64,000 nt of DNA from Candidatus Spongiisociaceae bacterium (GCA_965219685.1 CBDCOH010000002.1:800001-864000); one strand, 5' to 3'; counted from the first letter of the stretch, positions 18,020-28,223 are shown. Numbers and translations are program-made. The notes: a model not told the origin generated them from the letters alone.

Positions 18020-19250
18020 GAACGTGCTGGAAAGCCCCCAACCAGGAGGCGGGCCGAGTCGGTCACAATTCTCGGATAGGTTGCGTTCGGCGACCGCCAA
18101 AGTCAGCGGGACTCGTCGCTCAGGACCTTCGGCAGCGACGGGAGCCGTTGAAGCACCGTACCGGACGCTGGCGCTCCTGGCCGCCGTGCTCGCGCTGGTT
18201 GCGGGGGCGTGCAGCATCGAGCAGGCACAGCCGGAGCGGCTGCGTGCGCCGGTGTGCGCTGCGGGCCAGATCGACGGGGAGGTGGTCCTGCTGAGCCGGC
18301 CCGACCAGATATCGCCTGAGGTCATCGACTTATTCGAGCGTCGCTACGCAGTGGACGTGGTGGAACGGGTCTACGAGAACGAGGACGACCTCCTGTCCAG
18401 GGTGACTGCAGGGGCCGACGACTTCGACGTCGTGGTGGTAGCCGACTATCTGGCGGAGACGCTGCAGCGGGGCGGGCAACTGTTCCCGCTCGATCCGATC
18501 GCTCTCCCCGGTCGGGTTCATCTGGATCCGAAGTTCGATCGGCACCAGAGTGCGGAAGATGACTTCTACGCGGTCCCCTTCCTCTGGGGCACGGTGGGCA
18601 TAGGACTCAATCTGAACGTGGTGGGGGAGGATGCCGAGCCGACCTGGGGGCTCGTCTTCGACACCGAGCGGGCCTGGATCTACGCGGGCCGCGTGTCGGT
18701 GCTGGAGGAGGGTCGGCAGGTGCTGGCCGCGGCGATGCTCTACCTCGGACACTCGCCCAACCTGGCGGACAGCGACCGGGCGCGCGAAGCCGCCGAGGTG
18801 GCTGCAGCGGCGAAGGCCCATCTACGCGGCTTCGACTCCGAGACATACGGGGTAAGGCTGGCGGAAGGCGTGCTGGATGTGGCCCACGGAAGGTCCGACG
18901 TGTTCATCGAGGCCTTGCCCCCCGAGTCGACGGACTTCCGTTACATCATCCCGCAGGAAGGGGCAGTGGCATGGGTGGACACGCTGGCCGTTCCCACCAC
19001 GGCCCTGCATCCGTGCAGCGCCCATTCGTTCATCGACTTCGTTCTCGAGCCGGAGAACGGAGCGAACGTTGCGAACTACGCGGGAGTCGCCACTCCGAAT
19101 CTGGCCGCGATACAGCACGTGTCGCTGGAACTGGCGGCCAATCCCCACATCTACCCGCCTCCGGATGTCCGGGACCGGATCACGCTCCTCAACTACTCCG
19201 AGGACCTGAACAGGCTCTACGCGGAGGAGTTCGTGATCGTGGATTCCTAG
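18006..19250 (+). CDS. Spermidine/putrescine ABC substrate-binding lipoprotein (PotD-like)
   Basis: VAGAC lipobox, YAVPFLWGTVGI, IPQEGAVAWVD, AHSFIDF; start uncertain; no permeases adjacent. Confidence 0.85.
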   Translation: MPPARNVLESPQPGGGPSRSQFSDRLRSATAKVSGTRRSGPSAATGAVEAPYRTLALLAAVLALVAGACSIEQAQPERLRAPVCAAGQIDGEVVLLSRPDQISPEVIDLFERRYAVDVVERVYENEDDLLSRVTAGADDFDVVVVADYLAETLQRGGQLFPLDPIALPGRVHLDPKFDRHQSAEDDFYAVPFLWGTVGIGLNLNVVGEDAEPTWGLVFDTERAWIYAGRVSVLEEGRQVLAAAMLYLGHSPNLADSDRAREAAEVAAAAKAHLRGFDSETYGVRLAEGVLDVAHGRSDVFIEALPPESTDFRYIIPQEGAVAWVDTLAVPTTALHPCSAHSFIDFVLEPENGANVANYAGVATPNLAAIQHVSLELAANPHIYPPPDVRDRITLLNYSEDLNRLYAEEFVIVDS

Positions 19251-19275
19251 TTGGTAGTTGATAGTTGGTAGTGGG
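19248..19275 (+). repeat. Heptamer array (TAGTTGG)x4
   Basis: tagttgg tagttga tagttgg tagtggg. Confidence 0.85.
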
Positions 19276-19598
19276 AAATCGTGGTTATCATTAAGACAGG
19301 TCACTTTCCGGTCTCTGTGGAGCCGCCTGGGTTTGGCGGCCGCTCCGAGAGGGTTTCACGAAGTAGAGGTGAGCGGATCCGGGTCCGCGGACAGATGCAC
19401 GCAAGCCAAGGATCTGCCGAGAAGCGACCATACTCTACGATCGCGACACAAGGCTGTGACAATACATCTGCAACTCGTGCGCATCCAGCCCTGGACCCGG
19501 ACCCCAGGGCTGCCACTCGTTGAAGAGCAACCTCGGCGTCAACGCGACGCCCAATAGTGCAAAGATAAATGATTCACCCTCACGTTAACCTCCGCTTA

Positions 19599-19633
19599 CC
19601 AACTAGCAACTAGCAACTGGCAACTAGCAACTA
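19599..19633 (-). repeat. Heptamer array (GCAACTA)x5, inverse of the 19248 array
   Basis: ccaacta gcaacta gcaactg gcaacta gcaacta. Confidence 0.85.
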
Positions 19634-19673
19634 ATTCCGGCAGCGCCCGGCCCCGAACGGTTATCCTGGCCGG

Positions 19674-20384
19674 GTGGTCTCTACGGTTCCCAAGCTCCGT
19701 CCTTCTCTCAGGAGACGCGCTCCCAACCTGAAGGTCGAGAAGCATCTCTGGGAGCAGGGCCACGAAGTCGTCGTCGGCGTCGACGAGGTGGGCAGGGGGG
19801 CATGGGCGGGACCGCTCTCGGTCGGTGCCGCCGTGGTGCCCAAGAATCGACGCATCTACAAGCTGCGGGACTCCAAGATGTTGACCGAGGAGGAGAGGGA
19901 GTGCCTTTTCGATCGGGTGGCCGACTGGTGTACCCAGTGGGCGGTCGGCCACGCCACCAACGAGGAGTGTGACCGCCTCGGCATGTCGGACGCCCAGCGG
20001 CTGGCGGCCCGCCGGGCGCTGGACGGTCTCGGTGTCGTACCGGACCGGGTGCTGGTGGACGGTCGGTGGGACTTCGTCGGTACGTACACGACCATCCGGC
20101 TCGTACGTGGGGACGCCACTTCGGTGTCCATCTCGGCCGCCTCCATCCTTGCCAAGGTCGTGCGGGACCGCATCATGCGCGACCTGTCCGCCTCCTACCC
20201 CAACTACGGCTTCGAGGCCAACAAGGGCTATCCGTGCCCCCGGCACAAGTCCGCTCTCCAGGCTTGGGGCCCATCGTGCATCCACAGGCGGAGCTGGGTG
20301 TTCATGGATCACCTGCCGTGGACGGGCATCCCCCGCTACATCCGTCCTGATCCCCAGGGCGTCCTGTTCGATCCCGCCTCGTAG
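19674..20384 (+). CDS. rnhB: Ribonuclease HII
   Basis: GVDEVGRG, DSK, VDG, SISAASILAKV.RD, NKGY. Confidence 0.96.
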   Translation: MVSTVPKLRPSLRRRAPNLKVEKHLWEQGHEVVVGVDEVGRGAWAGPLSVGAAVVPKNRRIYKLRDSKMLTEEERECLFDRVADWCTQWAVGHATNEECDRLGMSDAQRLAARRALDGLGVVPDRVLVDGRWDFVGTYTTIRLVRGDATSVSISAASILAKVVRDRIMRDLSASYPNYGFEANKGYPCPRHKSALQAWGPSCIHRRSWVFMDHLPWTGIPRYIRPDPQGVLFDPAS

Positions 20385-20394
20385 CCGGCCTGAA

Positions 20395-21252
20395 CTACCC
20401 CGGTCGAGCCGGATCCTGCTGCCCGGAGTCCGTGACAGGGGCCGATCGTGAGGATGGCAAGTCCGCCAGGAAGGCGGCGAGCGCATCGATGACCGGGTCG
20501 GGCTGCTCGACGATCATGATGTGGCCGGCGCCTTCGATGACCCTCTCCCGCACTTCTGCCACGTTGCTGCGCAGGGGCGCCGCGGCTCTGCGGGGGGTCA
20601 TGATGTCCAGGGATCCGCTGATCAGCAGGGAAGGGCACCGGACCGCGGCGGCCGCTTCGGGACCCCGGCGGTACGCGTTGCATGCGTGCAGGTCTGCCGC
20701 AAGCACTCCGGGCCCGGCCCGTTCCCAGAGCCGGATGGTCGACCCCATCATCCATATGCCCGGGGTCTGATGGCCCCCGAGGTGCGACCGCCGTCCATGG
20801 CCCCACGAGGCCATGAGTTCGTACGCGATGTGGTCGCCCGCCTCGGCCGCCGAGAGGAGTGCAGGGTGGACGGGGATGGCGGCCGCCGGACCGAGCATGG
20901 TCAAGGTGGACACGAGACCGGGTTGGCGAGCGGCGGTCTCGAGGGCGATCAGCCCGCCCATCGAGTGACCCACGAGGTGGGCGCTCGCGTACCCGGCGCT
21001 CCCCAGCAGCGACGCCACCCAGGCGGCGTAGGCTTCGACCGAGCGGAGGGGGGCGCCCTCCGACTGTCCATGGCCGGGGAGATCGACCGCCATCACCGAG
21101 TAGCCGTGGTGGGAGAAGTAGCGGGTCTGGAGTTGCCACACGGTCTTGTCGAGAGCCGCGCCGTGCAGAAACAGGATCAGCGGCTGGCCGGGATCGGGAA
21201 GGCGGCCTCCGGTGGTGGCCGAAACGATGGCGCCGTCGACCGCGAGTCTCAT
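20395..21252 (-). CDS. Alpha/beta fold hydrolase
   Basis: FLHGA, DLPGHG, GHSMG, AGH. Confidence 0.9.
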   Translation of the reverse strand: MRLAVDGAIVSATTGGRLPDPGQPLILFLHGAALDKTVWQLQTRYFSHHGYSVMAVDLPGHGQSEGAPLRSVEAYAAWVASLLGSAGYASAHLVGHSMGGLIALETAARQPGLVSTLTMLGPAAAIPVHPALLSAAEAGDHIAYELMASWGHGRRSHLGGHQTPGIWMMGSTIRLWERAGPGVLAADLHACNAYRRGPEAAAAVRCPSLLISGSLDIMTPRRAAAPLRSNVAEVRERVIEGAGHIMIVEQPDPVIDALAAFLADLPSSRSAPVTDSGQQDPARPG

Positions 21253-21256
21253 CTCC

Positions 21257-22549
21257 CTACCTCCGGGACGCCCGTAGCCCTGCGGCGAGATCGCCGATCA
21301 GGTCGGTGGGATCCTCCAACCCGATGGAGAGCCGGACCAGGTCCTCGCCGACGCCCGCCCTGGCCAGTTGCTCGGCGTCCATGGTCGAATGGGTGGTGGA
21401 AGCCGGGTGGATGACCAGCGACTTGGCGTCGCCCACATTGGCGAGATGGGAGAAGACCCGGAGCCGCTCGATGAACCGGCGGCCGGCCTCCCGGCCTCCG
21501 CTGATGCCGAACGCCAGGATCGCCCCGCATCCGGCGGGCATCAACTGCGCCGCCCGTTCGTGGTCGGGATGGCTGGGCAACTCCGGGTAGCTGATCCAGG
21601 CGACCTCGTCGCGCCCGTCGAGGAAGTCGACCACCTTGCGTGTATTCTCGATGTGCTTCTGCATCCGGATGGACAGGGTCTCGGTTCCCTGCAGGATGTA
21701 GAAGGCGTTCTGCGGCGCCAGCGGCGCGCCGAAGTCCCGCAACCCCTCCACTCGCGCCCTGATGATGAAGGCCTGGGTGCCGAACTCCTCGGTGAACTTG
21801 AGCCCGTGGTAGCTGGGATAGGGATCTGTGAGGGTCGGAAAGCGTCCGGAGGCCTCCCAGTCGAAGGTTCCCCCATCCACGAGCGCTCCGCCGATCGCCA
21901 CCCCGTGGCCGCCGATGAACTTGGTGATCGAGTGATAGATCAGGTCCACGCCCCACTCGAAGGGCCGGAACAGGTAGGGGGTGGCGAAGGTGTTGTCCAG
22001 CATGAACGGGACCCCGGCCGCGTGGGCGATCTCGGCCACCGCGGTCACGTCCATGATCTCGAGGCCAGGGTTGCCGAGCGTCTCGCCGAACAACAGACGG
22101 GTCTCGGGGCGGATGGCGTCGCGGAAGCCGTCGGTGTCCCGCGGGTGGACGAAGGTAGTCTCGATCCCGAAGCGGGGGAGGGTGGTTGCCAGCAGGTTGT
22201 TGGATCCCCCGTAAAGGGAGGAGGACGAGACGATGTGCGAGCCGGCCCCCATCAGCGTTGCTATCCCCAGGAACATCGCGGACATGCCCGAGGCCGTGGC
22301 GATGGCCCCGACCCCGCCCTCGAGGGCCGCCAGCCGCTCCTCGAGCGCCGCCACGGTCGGGTTGGATATCCGGCTGTAGATGTGGCCCTGACGTTCCAAG
22401 TTGAACAGACCGGCGGCGTGCTCCACGTCGCGGAAGACATAGGAGGTGGTCTGGTATATCGGGATGGCCCGCGCTCCGAAGTCCGAGTCGGGATGGTGCC
22501 CGGCGTGGACGCTGAGCGTGTCGAACTTGGGGAATCCGGGGTCAACCAT
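21257..22549 (-). CDS. metY: O-acetylhomoserine aminocarboxypropyltransferase/sulfhydrylase
   Basis: PIYQTTSY, YSRISNPT, HSITKFIGGHG, HLANVGDAKSLVIHPASTTH. Confidence 0.9.
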   Translation of the reverse strand: MVDPGFPKFDTLSVHAGHHPDSDFGARAIPIYQTTSYVFRDVEHAAGLFNLERQGHIYSRISNPTVAALEERLAALEGGVGAIATASGMSAMFLGIATLMGAGSHIVSSSSLYGGSNNLLATTLPRFGIETTFVHPRDTDGFRDAIRPETRLLFGETLGNPGLEIMDVTAVAEIAHAAGVPFMLDNTFATPYLFRPFEWGVDLIYHSITKFIGGHGVAIGGALVDGGTFDWEASGRFPTLTDPYPSYHGLKFTEEFGTQAFIIRARVEGLRDFGAPLAPQNAFYILQGTETLSIRMQKHIENTRKVVDFLDGRDEVAWISYPELPSHPDHERAAQLMPAGCGAILAFGISGGREAGRRFIERLRVFSHLANVGDAKSLVIHPASTTHSTMDAEQLARAGVGEDLVRLSIGLEDPTDLIGDLAAGLRASRR

Positions 22550-22739
22550 GGGGGAACTCCTAGGTGCGAGTGCCAGCCTACCCGTACAGGTCAAGGTCTC
22601 CCGCACGCGATCGAGGCATCAACCACCCCGGCTGTTCCCGCTCCTGTCCCCCGCGTGACCCGTGTAGGTCAACTGGCGTGTTGATCGGAATCAGCGAGCG
22701 TCGGAGCCTTCGGACCTCTTCTGGCTACGGGTCATTACC

Positions 22740-23360
22740 TTGTCGCTGCGGGCATCGGGTAGTTGAGCCGACTCCGGGGCGATCACCGCTCGCGGCGCAG
22801 TAACGGCAGAGTCACACGCTGTCGGCGCTGAAGCCGCCACACGGTCGGTCCTAGCGGGAACGCTCGACCGCGGTTCCCAAGACCGCTGATGGGCTGGCGG
22901 ATTTGATACGCCAGGTGATAGTGGCTTGAGACACCGCCTGCAAGGGCGAACCACTCGCTGAGAGCGCTAGCACGCCGCTGGCGGCACCTCGACGCCGAGG
23001 TGCGCCCCTACGACGCCGTCCTCGACGACGTCGCCCCCCAGGCGTCGCCGACGCTACGAGACGCCTATGGCATCGGAGCCCGACTCCGCGGCGGAGCTCC
23101 TCATCGTTTCGGCGACCACCCCGAACGGATCCACTCAGAGGCCGCCTTCGCGAAACTCTGCGGCACCTGCCCCGTCTCAGCGTCGCTAAGACAAACCAGC
23201 CGGCACCGCCTCTACCGAGGCGGGCACCGCCAAGCCAACGCGGTGCTCTACCGAGTCGCGATCGTACGAATGCGTTTCCACCAAAGCACACCCCAGCCCC
23301 ACTAGCTGGTATCAAGTACGATGTGGGAATATCTTCACTATAGACTTCGATGGCCTCATG
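22740..23360 (+). mobile_element. Internally deleted IS110-family remnant (structured non-coding end + transposase C-terminal fragment)
   Basis: GDHPERIHSEAAFAKLCG..P..S...RHRLYRGGHRQANA.LYR.AIVRMR is the IS110 Transposase_20 signature; RuvC half absent; boundaries approximate. Confidence 0.8.
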
Positions 23361-23440
23361 AAACCAGCACCTACGGTCGACCCACGATTTGGTCGCCACC
23401 GTCGAAGATCTTGTCCGGCTTCCCCGGGGAGGTGACCATC

Positions 23441-26134
23441 GTGTTGTTACGTGCCCTGGTTGTGGTGGTGGTTGTTGCGGTGAGTGCAGCAGTCGCGGTG
23501 GTGGCGCCTGCGGTTGCGTTGGCGCAGTCCAGCCGGTTCGGTGATGTGGCTGAAGATGCCTTTTACAAAGACGCGGTCACTCAGTTAGACCGTGTAGGCG
23601 TCTTCACGGGCACCGAATGTGAGGAGGGGTTCTGTCCCGGCGGTGTGATGGACCGCAAGACCATGGCGGTGTGGGTGGTGCGAGTCCTCGGACGTCAGGA
23701 CCCGCCCACGGTCGCAGAGTCGAGGTTCGAAGATGTGGATGCCGATGGTTTCTTCGCGCCGTTCATCGAGAAACTGGCCGATCTCGGAGTGACCACCGGC
23801 TGCGGCGACGGCACTAGATTCTGTCCCGACAGTTCGGTGACCCGCGCCCAGATGGCTGTGTTCCTGTCTCGTACCTATCAACTGGCGGAAGGCCCCGACC
23901 CGGGATTCATGGATGTGAGTCCTGGTAACTGGTTCGCCGATCATGTCGCGAGGCTGGCTGCTTCGGGCATTACCACCGGCTGTGGCGACGGCACCAGATT
24001 CTGTCCCGGTCGAGACACCACCCGGGCGCAGATGGCTGTCTTCTTGTGGCGAGCCGAGACAACTCCCGTGGTGCTGGCCGCGGGCACGTGCGGTGTCGTC
24101 GAAGACGAAGCGCGACTGCTCGTGGACGGGTCCGATGGGGCCGATTGGTCACCTGATTGCAGCCGCATCGTGTACGCGTACGGCGGGTCGCTGTGGGTGA
24201 TGGACAACGATGGCCGCAGCCGGCAGCGCATCGTGAGCGACAACGATGCGTGGCTGCGCACGCCTGCGTGGTCCCCTGACGGTACCCGGATCGCGTATGG
24301 ACGCACGTCGGAAAGCAATGGAAGCTTGTTTTCCCATATTTGGACCGTAGACGCGGACGGCACCGACAGGACGCGGGTTTCCCGCGGTGACGTTTACGAT
24401 TCTTGGCCGTCGTGGTCTCCACTGGGAGACCGCATCACGTTTCAGCGTTACTCAGGGGATGGCCGAGACGAGGGTGGTGATGTTGTCAACCCCGAACAGA
24501 ATATCTTCGTCGCGAACGCCGCAGGAGGCGACGAAATGGTGCTAACCGAAAGAACCGGCCGCTGGGAGAGTACGCCGGCGTGGTCGCCGGATGGTAGCCG
24601 CATTGCGTATTTGTCTGGTGGAGCGGTGTGGCTGATCGACCCGGATGGCGCCGATGCGCCATGGGTAGTAGCAGGTGCGTTGTGGGACGGCGGTTTGTCG
24701 TGGTCTCCCGACGGCACCCGCATAGCTTTCGTCCGGCCTGATGGCGACGGATCGTCCATAGTAATCGCGGATATCAATGGACTTAACGCAGAGACGATCA
24801 CCGGCAGCGACGAGCTTGACACTGCGCCGCGATGGTCACCGGACGGCCAGCGCATCCTTTTCACCAGAAGCCTGGCTGGAGACAGGCAGCAGTTGCACGT
24901 GGTCGGGGCGAGCGGTGTAGGAGTACCAGTACCGGTCGACTGCCGACCCGTGGGACCGGCGTCTCATTGGAACACGGCCGGCTTTCCGCTCCACCCGGAC
25001 TTGGTACGCGCGAACGGCACCGTGCGCATCGCGGTGCTGTTCATGGACTTCCCCGACGCCGAAGCTGCCCACACAACCCAAGCGGAGGCGATGCTGGGCC
25101 TGCCCTGGGCCGAGGCCTACCTCGAAACCGCCAGCTACGGCAAACTCGACATCGAGTTCGTGCCGTTGCATCGCTGGCTGCGCGCCACCAAGGACTCCGC
25201 CCACTACACCAACGCCAGCCTCGGCGGCGCGCAGAGTCTCGAGTTAGACGCGTCGGTTGAAGCCGTGGCTCTGGCTGACGAAGAGTTCGACTTCTCAGCC
25301 GTGAACATGGTCCTGACGGTGTTCCCGAGCTCCCACTTCAGCGGGGGCAACGCTACAGGCCAGGCCACCGCCGATGATGTCACGCTGCAGACGACGAGGG
25401 CCAACACGTTCGGACACGACGAAGAGCAGCCGCCCGAACAATGGGGGTTTGTTGGCGCGCACGAGATCGCGCACATCTTCGGTCTGGCTGATCTGTATTC
25501 CTACAGCCCGAAGGATCCACCCGAACCTCCCGACGGATCGGTGTGGGCGCAGACCGATTGGGGACTCATGCACCTCCACGGATGGTTCCAAACCCGTCCT
25601 GACGATGCGCGGCTAAGTATCACTTTGCGCTCGCCCTACGGCGACAATTCCAGCGCCACCGGAGATAGGATTGATATGCTGGAGATGCTCGCTTGGAGCC
25701 GCTGGCAGACCGGATGGCTCCAAGAGGCTCAGGTCCTATGCATGACCCAACCGGAGGCCACGGTCACGCTGGCACCCATAGCCATGCCGGGTGCGCATCT
25801 GGCCATGGTCGCAGTCCCGCTCAATTCCCATGAAGTCATCGTGATCGAGAGCCGCCGCAAACTCGGATACGACAACGGCTTCGAATACTCCCTACCCGAC
25901 GGATACCATTACACAGCTCCCGGACTCCCCACCGAAGGCGTCTTGGTGTACACCGTCGACTCGCTTATCGAGACCGGCTCCCTGCCCATCAAGCTCGCCG
26001 GCGACAGCGACCGCCAACTGGACCGATTTCCCGTGCTACAGCCCGGCGACTCGATCACCCTGCACGGCTACACCATCACTGTCATAGCCGACAACGGCCG
26101 CACCCACACTGTCACGATCACTCAGCACAGCTAG
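23441..26134 (+). CDS. Secreted SLH-like + PD40/TolB propeller + M6-like zinc metalloprotease
   Basis: Signal peptide, SLH-like repeats (FCP...TRAQMA), multiple WSPDG repeats, AVLFMDFPDA, HEIAHIFGLADLY. Confidence 0.88.
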   Translation: MLLRALVVVVVVAVSAAVAVVAPAVALAQSSRFGDVAEDAFYKDAVTQLDRVGVFTGTECEEGFCPGGVMDRKTMAVWVVRVLGRQDPPTVAESRFEDVDADGFFAPFIEKLADLGVTTGCGDGTRFCPDSSVTRAQMAVFLSRTYQLAEGPDPGFMDVSPGNWFADHVARLAASGITTGCGDGTRFCPGRDTTRAQMAVFLWRAETTPVVLAAGTCGVVEDEARLLVDGSDGADWSPDCSRIVYAYGGSLWVMDNDGRSRQRIVSDNDAWLRTPAWSPDGTRIAYGRTSESNGSLFSHIWTVDADGTDRTRVSRGDVYDSWPSWSPLGDRITFQRYSGDGRDEGGDVVNPEQNIFVANAAGGDEMVLTERTGRWESTPAWSPDGSRIAYLSGGAVWLIDPDGADAPWVVAGALWDGGLSWSPDGTRIAFVRPDGDGSSIVIADINGLNAETITGSDELDTAPRWSPDGQRILFTRSLAGDRQQLHVVGASGVGVPVPVDCRPVGPASHWNTAGFPLHPDLVRANGTVRIAVLFMDFPDAEAAHTTQAEAMLGLPWAEAYLETASYGKLDIEFVPLHRWLRATKDSAHYTNASLGGAQSLELDASVEAVALADEEFDFSAVNMVLTVFPSSHFSGGNATGQATADDVTLQTTRANTFGHDEEQPPEQWGFVGAHEIAHIFGLADLYSYSPKDPPEPPDGSVWAQTDWGLMHLHGWFQTRPDDARLSITLRSPYGDNSSATGDRIDMLEMLAWSRWQTGWLQEAQVLCMTQPEATVTLAPIAMPGAHLAMVAVPLNSHEVIVIESRRKLGYDNGFEYSLPDGYHYTAPGLPTEGVLVYTVDSLIETGSLPIKLAGDSDRQLDRFPVLQPGDSITLHGYTITVIADNGRTHTVTITQHS

Positions 26135-26180
26135 AAAGACTGCAGCTCTGCCAAATGGGACCTGCTGAACCAGCGTGAAA

Positions 26181-26201
26181 TGAACCGCCCCGGGCGGTTC
26201 A
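26181..26201. other. Perfect palindrome resembling fused IS3/IS6110-type terminal inverted repeats (or a terminator hairpin)
   Basis: TGAACCGCCC-C-GGGCGGTTCA. Confidence 0.5.
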
Positions 26202-26392
26202 GTAGAAGGGGACGGGTTGGGCAAGCGTCCGGCTCCAAGCCACGAGCCGGAACAATCTGCGGGGCCGACGGGGGTCCCGCTCGTGCATGAAGGTGATCGA
26301 TCCGGTTGAACAGGCCGGGCTGCGTCGGGACCGGCAATAGACTGACACGACAATCACGGGAACTCGAAGGGACCGCGGTACGTCCTAGGCAT

Positions 26393-27355
26393 ATGAACAG
26401 AACTAACACACTACCCGTAGCCCGAAAGCGGCTGTCCCTTGGAGTCCTTGCCGTAGTCGGCGTGCTCGCTCTCACGGCGTGTTTCGGAGGACATGACGAG
26501 GAGAGCGCGTCACCAATGACCGCAGCGGCGGCCGCCGTGATGATGGAGGAGGACGCCGCGGGATTCGCCACCGGCGAAGAAGGCGCCAGCGACCTGTACT
26601 CGAGTGGAGGGTTCGACATCGGCGTCATCGGGCGCGATGTCATCATCGAGATACAGGTACTGATCGGCACCGACAACATCCAGCGCACCGTCGCATCGAT
26701 CATGGCCGACGTTGCGGCTTTGGGAGGCGGTGTCGCCTTCTCGAATATCGACTACGGCGTCGAGTGGGCCGAGGGCGGCGGGACCGGGTACGCCACGCTG
26801 GTCGTGAAAGTTCCACCTGAAGGTATAGACCGGTTGCTGGCGGGACTCGACGATACCGGCACCGTGCATTCGATGAGCCAGAGCGCCCAGGATGTCACCG
26901 AGCAGTTGGTGGACCTCGATGTCAGGATCAGGAACGCACGGCAGAGTGTTGCCAGGGTTCGAGAGTTCATGGGTCGCACCGAGAAGCTCAGCGATCTCGT
27001 GGTTCTCGAAGGGGAGTTGACCCGCCGCCAGACCGATCTCGAACGACTCGAGGCGCAGCAGCGAAACCTCAGCGAACGGGTTGCGCTATCGACAGTGACG
27101 ATCGATATCGTGCCGACTGGCTCGGTGGACGACGATGACCCCGGCACGATCGGTGACGCCTTGAATACCGGTTGGGTCGTGTTCGTAGCAACTCTCTACA
27201 GGACCGCTCTCGTGCTCGCGCTGCTCGTTCCCTTCCTTGTCGTAGCGGCGCTACTGGTGCTAATCGTGAGGTTCGTGTTGCGTCGCCGCAGAGCCAAGCG
27301 CGGCACCGCGGCCAGAGGACCGTCCCCGGTCGAAGGGACCGATGAGTCCGGATAG
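26393..27355 (+). CDS. DUF4349 family lipoprotein
   Basis: LTAC lipobox, VKVP, QDVTEQLVDLDVRI, coiled coil, C-terminal TM. Confidence 0.85.
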   Translation: MNRTNTLPVARKRLSLGVLAVVGVLALTACFGGHDEESASPMTAAAAAVMMEEDAAGFATGEEGASDLYSSGGFDIGVIGRDVIIEIQVLIGTDNIQRTVASIMADVAALGGGVAFSNIDYGVEWAEGGGTGYATLVVKVPPEGIDRLLAGLDDTGTVHSMSQSAQDVTEQLVDLDVRIRNARQSVARVREFMGRTEKLSDLVVLEGELTRRQTDLERLEAQQRNLSERVALSTVTIDIVPTGSVDDDDPGTIGDALNTGWVVFVATLYRTALVLALLVPFLVVAALLVLIVRFVLRRRRAKRGTAARGPSPVEGTDESG

Positions 27356-27443
27356 CTACCGCTGGCCTGTGCGCCGCAGCGGCAAGCACGAAGGTCGGGG
27401 CGGTTGATCCCCGAGCCCCTGGAGCGGTTACCCTTCGGCCCGC

Positions 27444-28223
27444 ATGAGCGAAGTATCCCTGGTCTTCCCGGCTGATGACCGGGCCGTGATCACCATCGAG
27501 CGGCCAGCAACGCTGAACTCGTTAGACGTCGCCACTCTCCGAGCCCTCAGGGTGGTAGCAGGGGAAGTGGTGGGGCGGTCCACGACGAAGGTGGTGGTAC
27601 TGCGGGGCCGGGGCCGGGCTTTCTCGTCGGGAGTCGACCTTGGCCTCCTGGACGGTGGCGGCGATATCGATCCACGTCTCGTACCCGAGTTGGGCCGGAC
27701 GATTGTGGAGGCGCTCGACTCGATACCGGCGGTCACTGTGGCGGAGCTCCGGGGGGCGGTTGTCGGAGGCGGGTTGGTCCTGGCGGCGGCATGCGATCTG
27801 CGGGTCGCGGCCGAAGACACCTACTTCTCGATCCCCGAGGTGGATCTAGGTCTTCCGGTGGGTTGGGGTGGGGTTCCCAGGATGGTCCGCGAGATCGGTC
27901 CGGCACTCACCAGGGAGCTGATCATGACCTGCCGGCCGTTCAGCGCCCGGGAGGCCAGGGATGCCGGGTTCTTGAACCGGGTGGTTCCTGCATCGGATCT
28001 CGACGCCACGGTGGACGAGTTGGTGTCGACCCTCTGCGCCAAGCCGCGCTACGCATTGCTGGCGGTCAAGCAGAGTGTCGCCGAGGCAGCCGAGGAGATG
28101 CTGGCCGCTCGGGGACGGACCGGGGAGGCCGACATACTCGCCGGAGCGGCCCGGGACGCCGGGAGCCGCCGGGCAGCCGTCGACTATATCGCCCGATACA
28201 GGAGGGACCGGGGATCAGAGTGA
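27444..28223 (+). CDS. Enoyl-CoA hydratase/isomerase
   Basis: AFSSGVDL, VGGGLVLAAACDLR, PEVDLG. Confidence 0.92.
   Translation: MSEVSLVFPADDRAVITIERPATLNSLDVATLRALRVVAGEVVGRSTTKVVVLRGRGRAFSSGVDLGLLDGGGDIDPRLVPELGRTIVEALDSIPAVTVAELRGAVVGGGLVLAAACDLRVAAEDTYFSIPEVDLGLPVGWGGVPRMVREIGPALTRELIMTCRPFSAREARDAGFLNRVVPASDLDATVDELVSTLCAKPRYALLAVKQSVAEAAEEMLAARGRTGEADILAGAARDAGSRRAAVDYIARYRRDRGSE

Noticed and set aside
22550-22740. SAM riboswitch upstream of metY
   Set aside because: No SAM-I/IV core motifs seen; the adjacent structured DNA is better explained by the IS110 remnant
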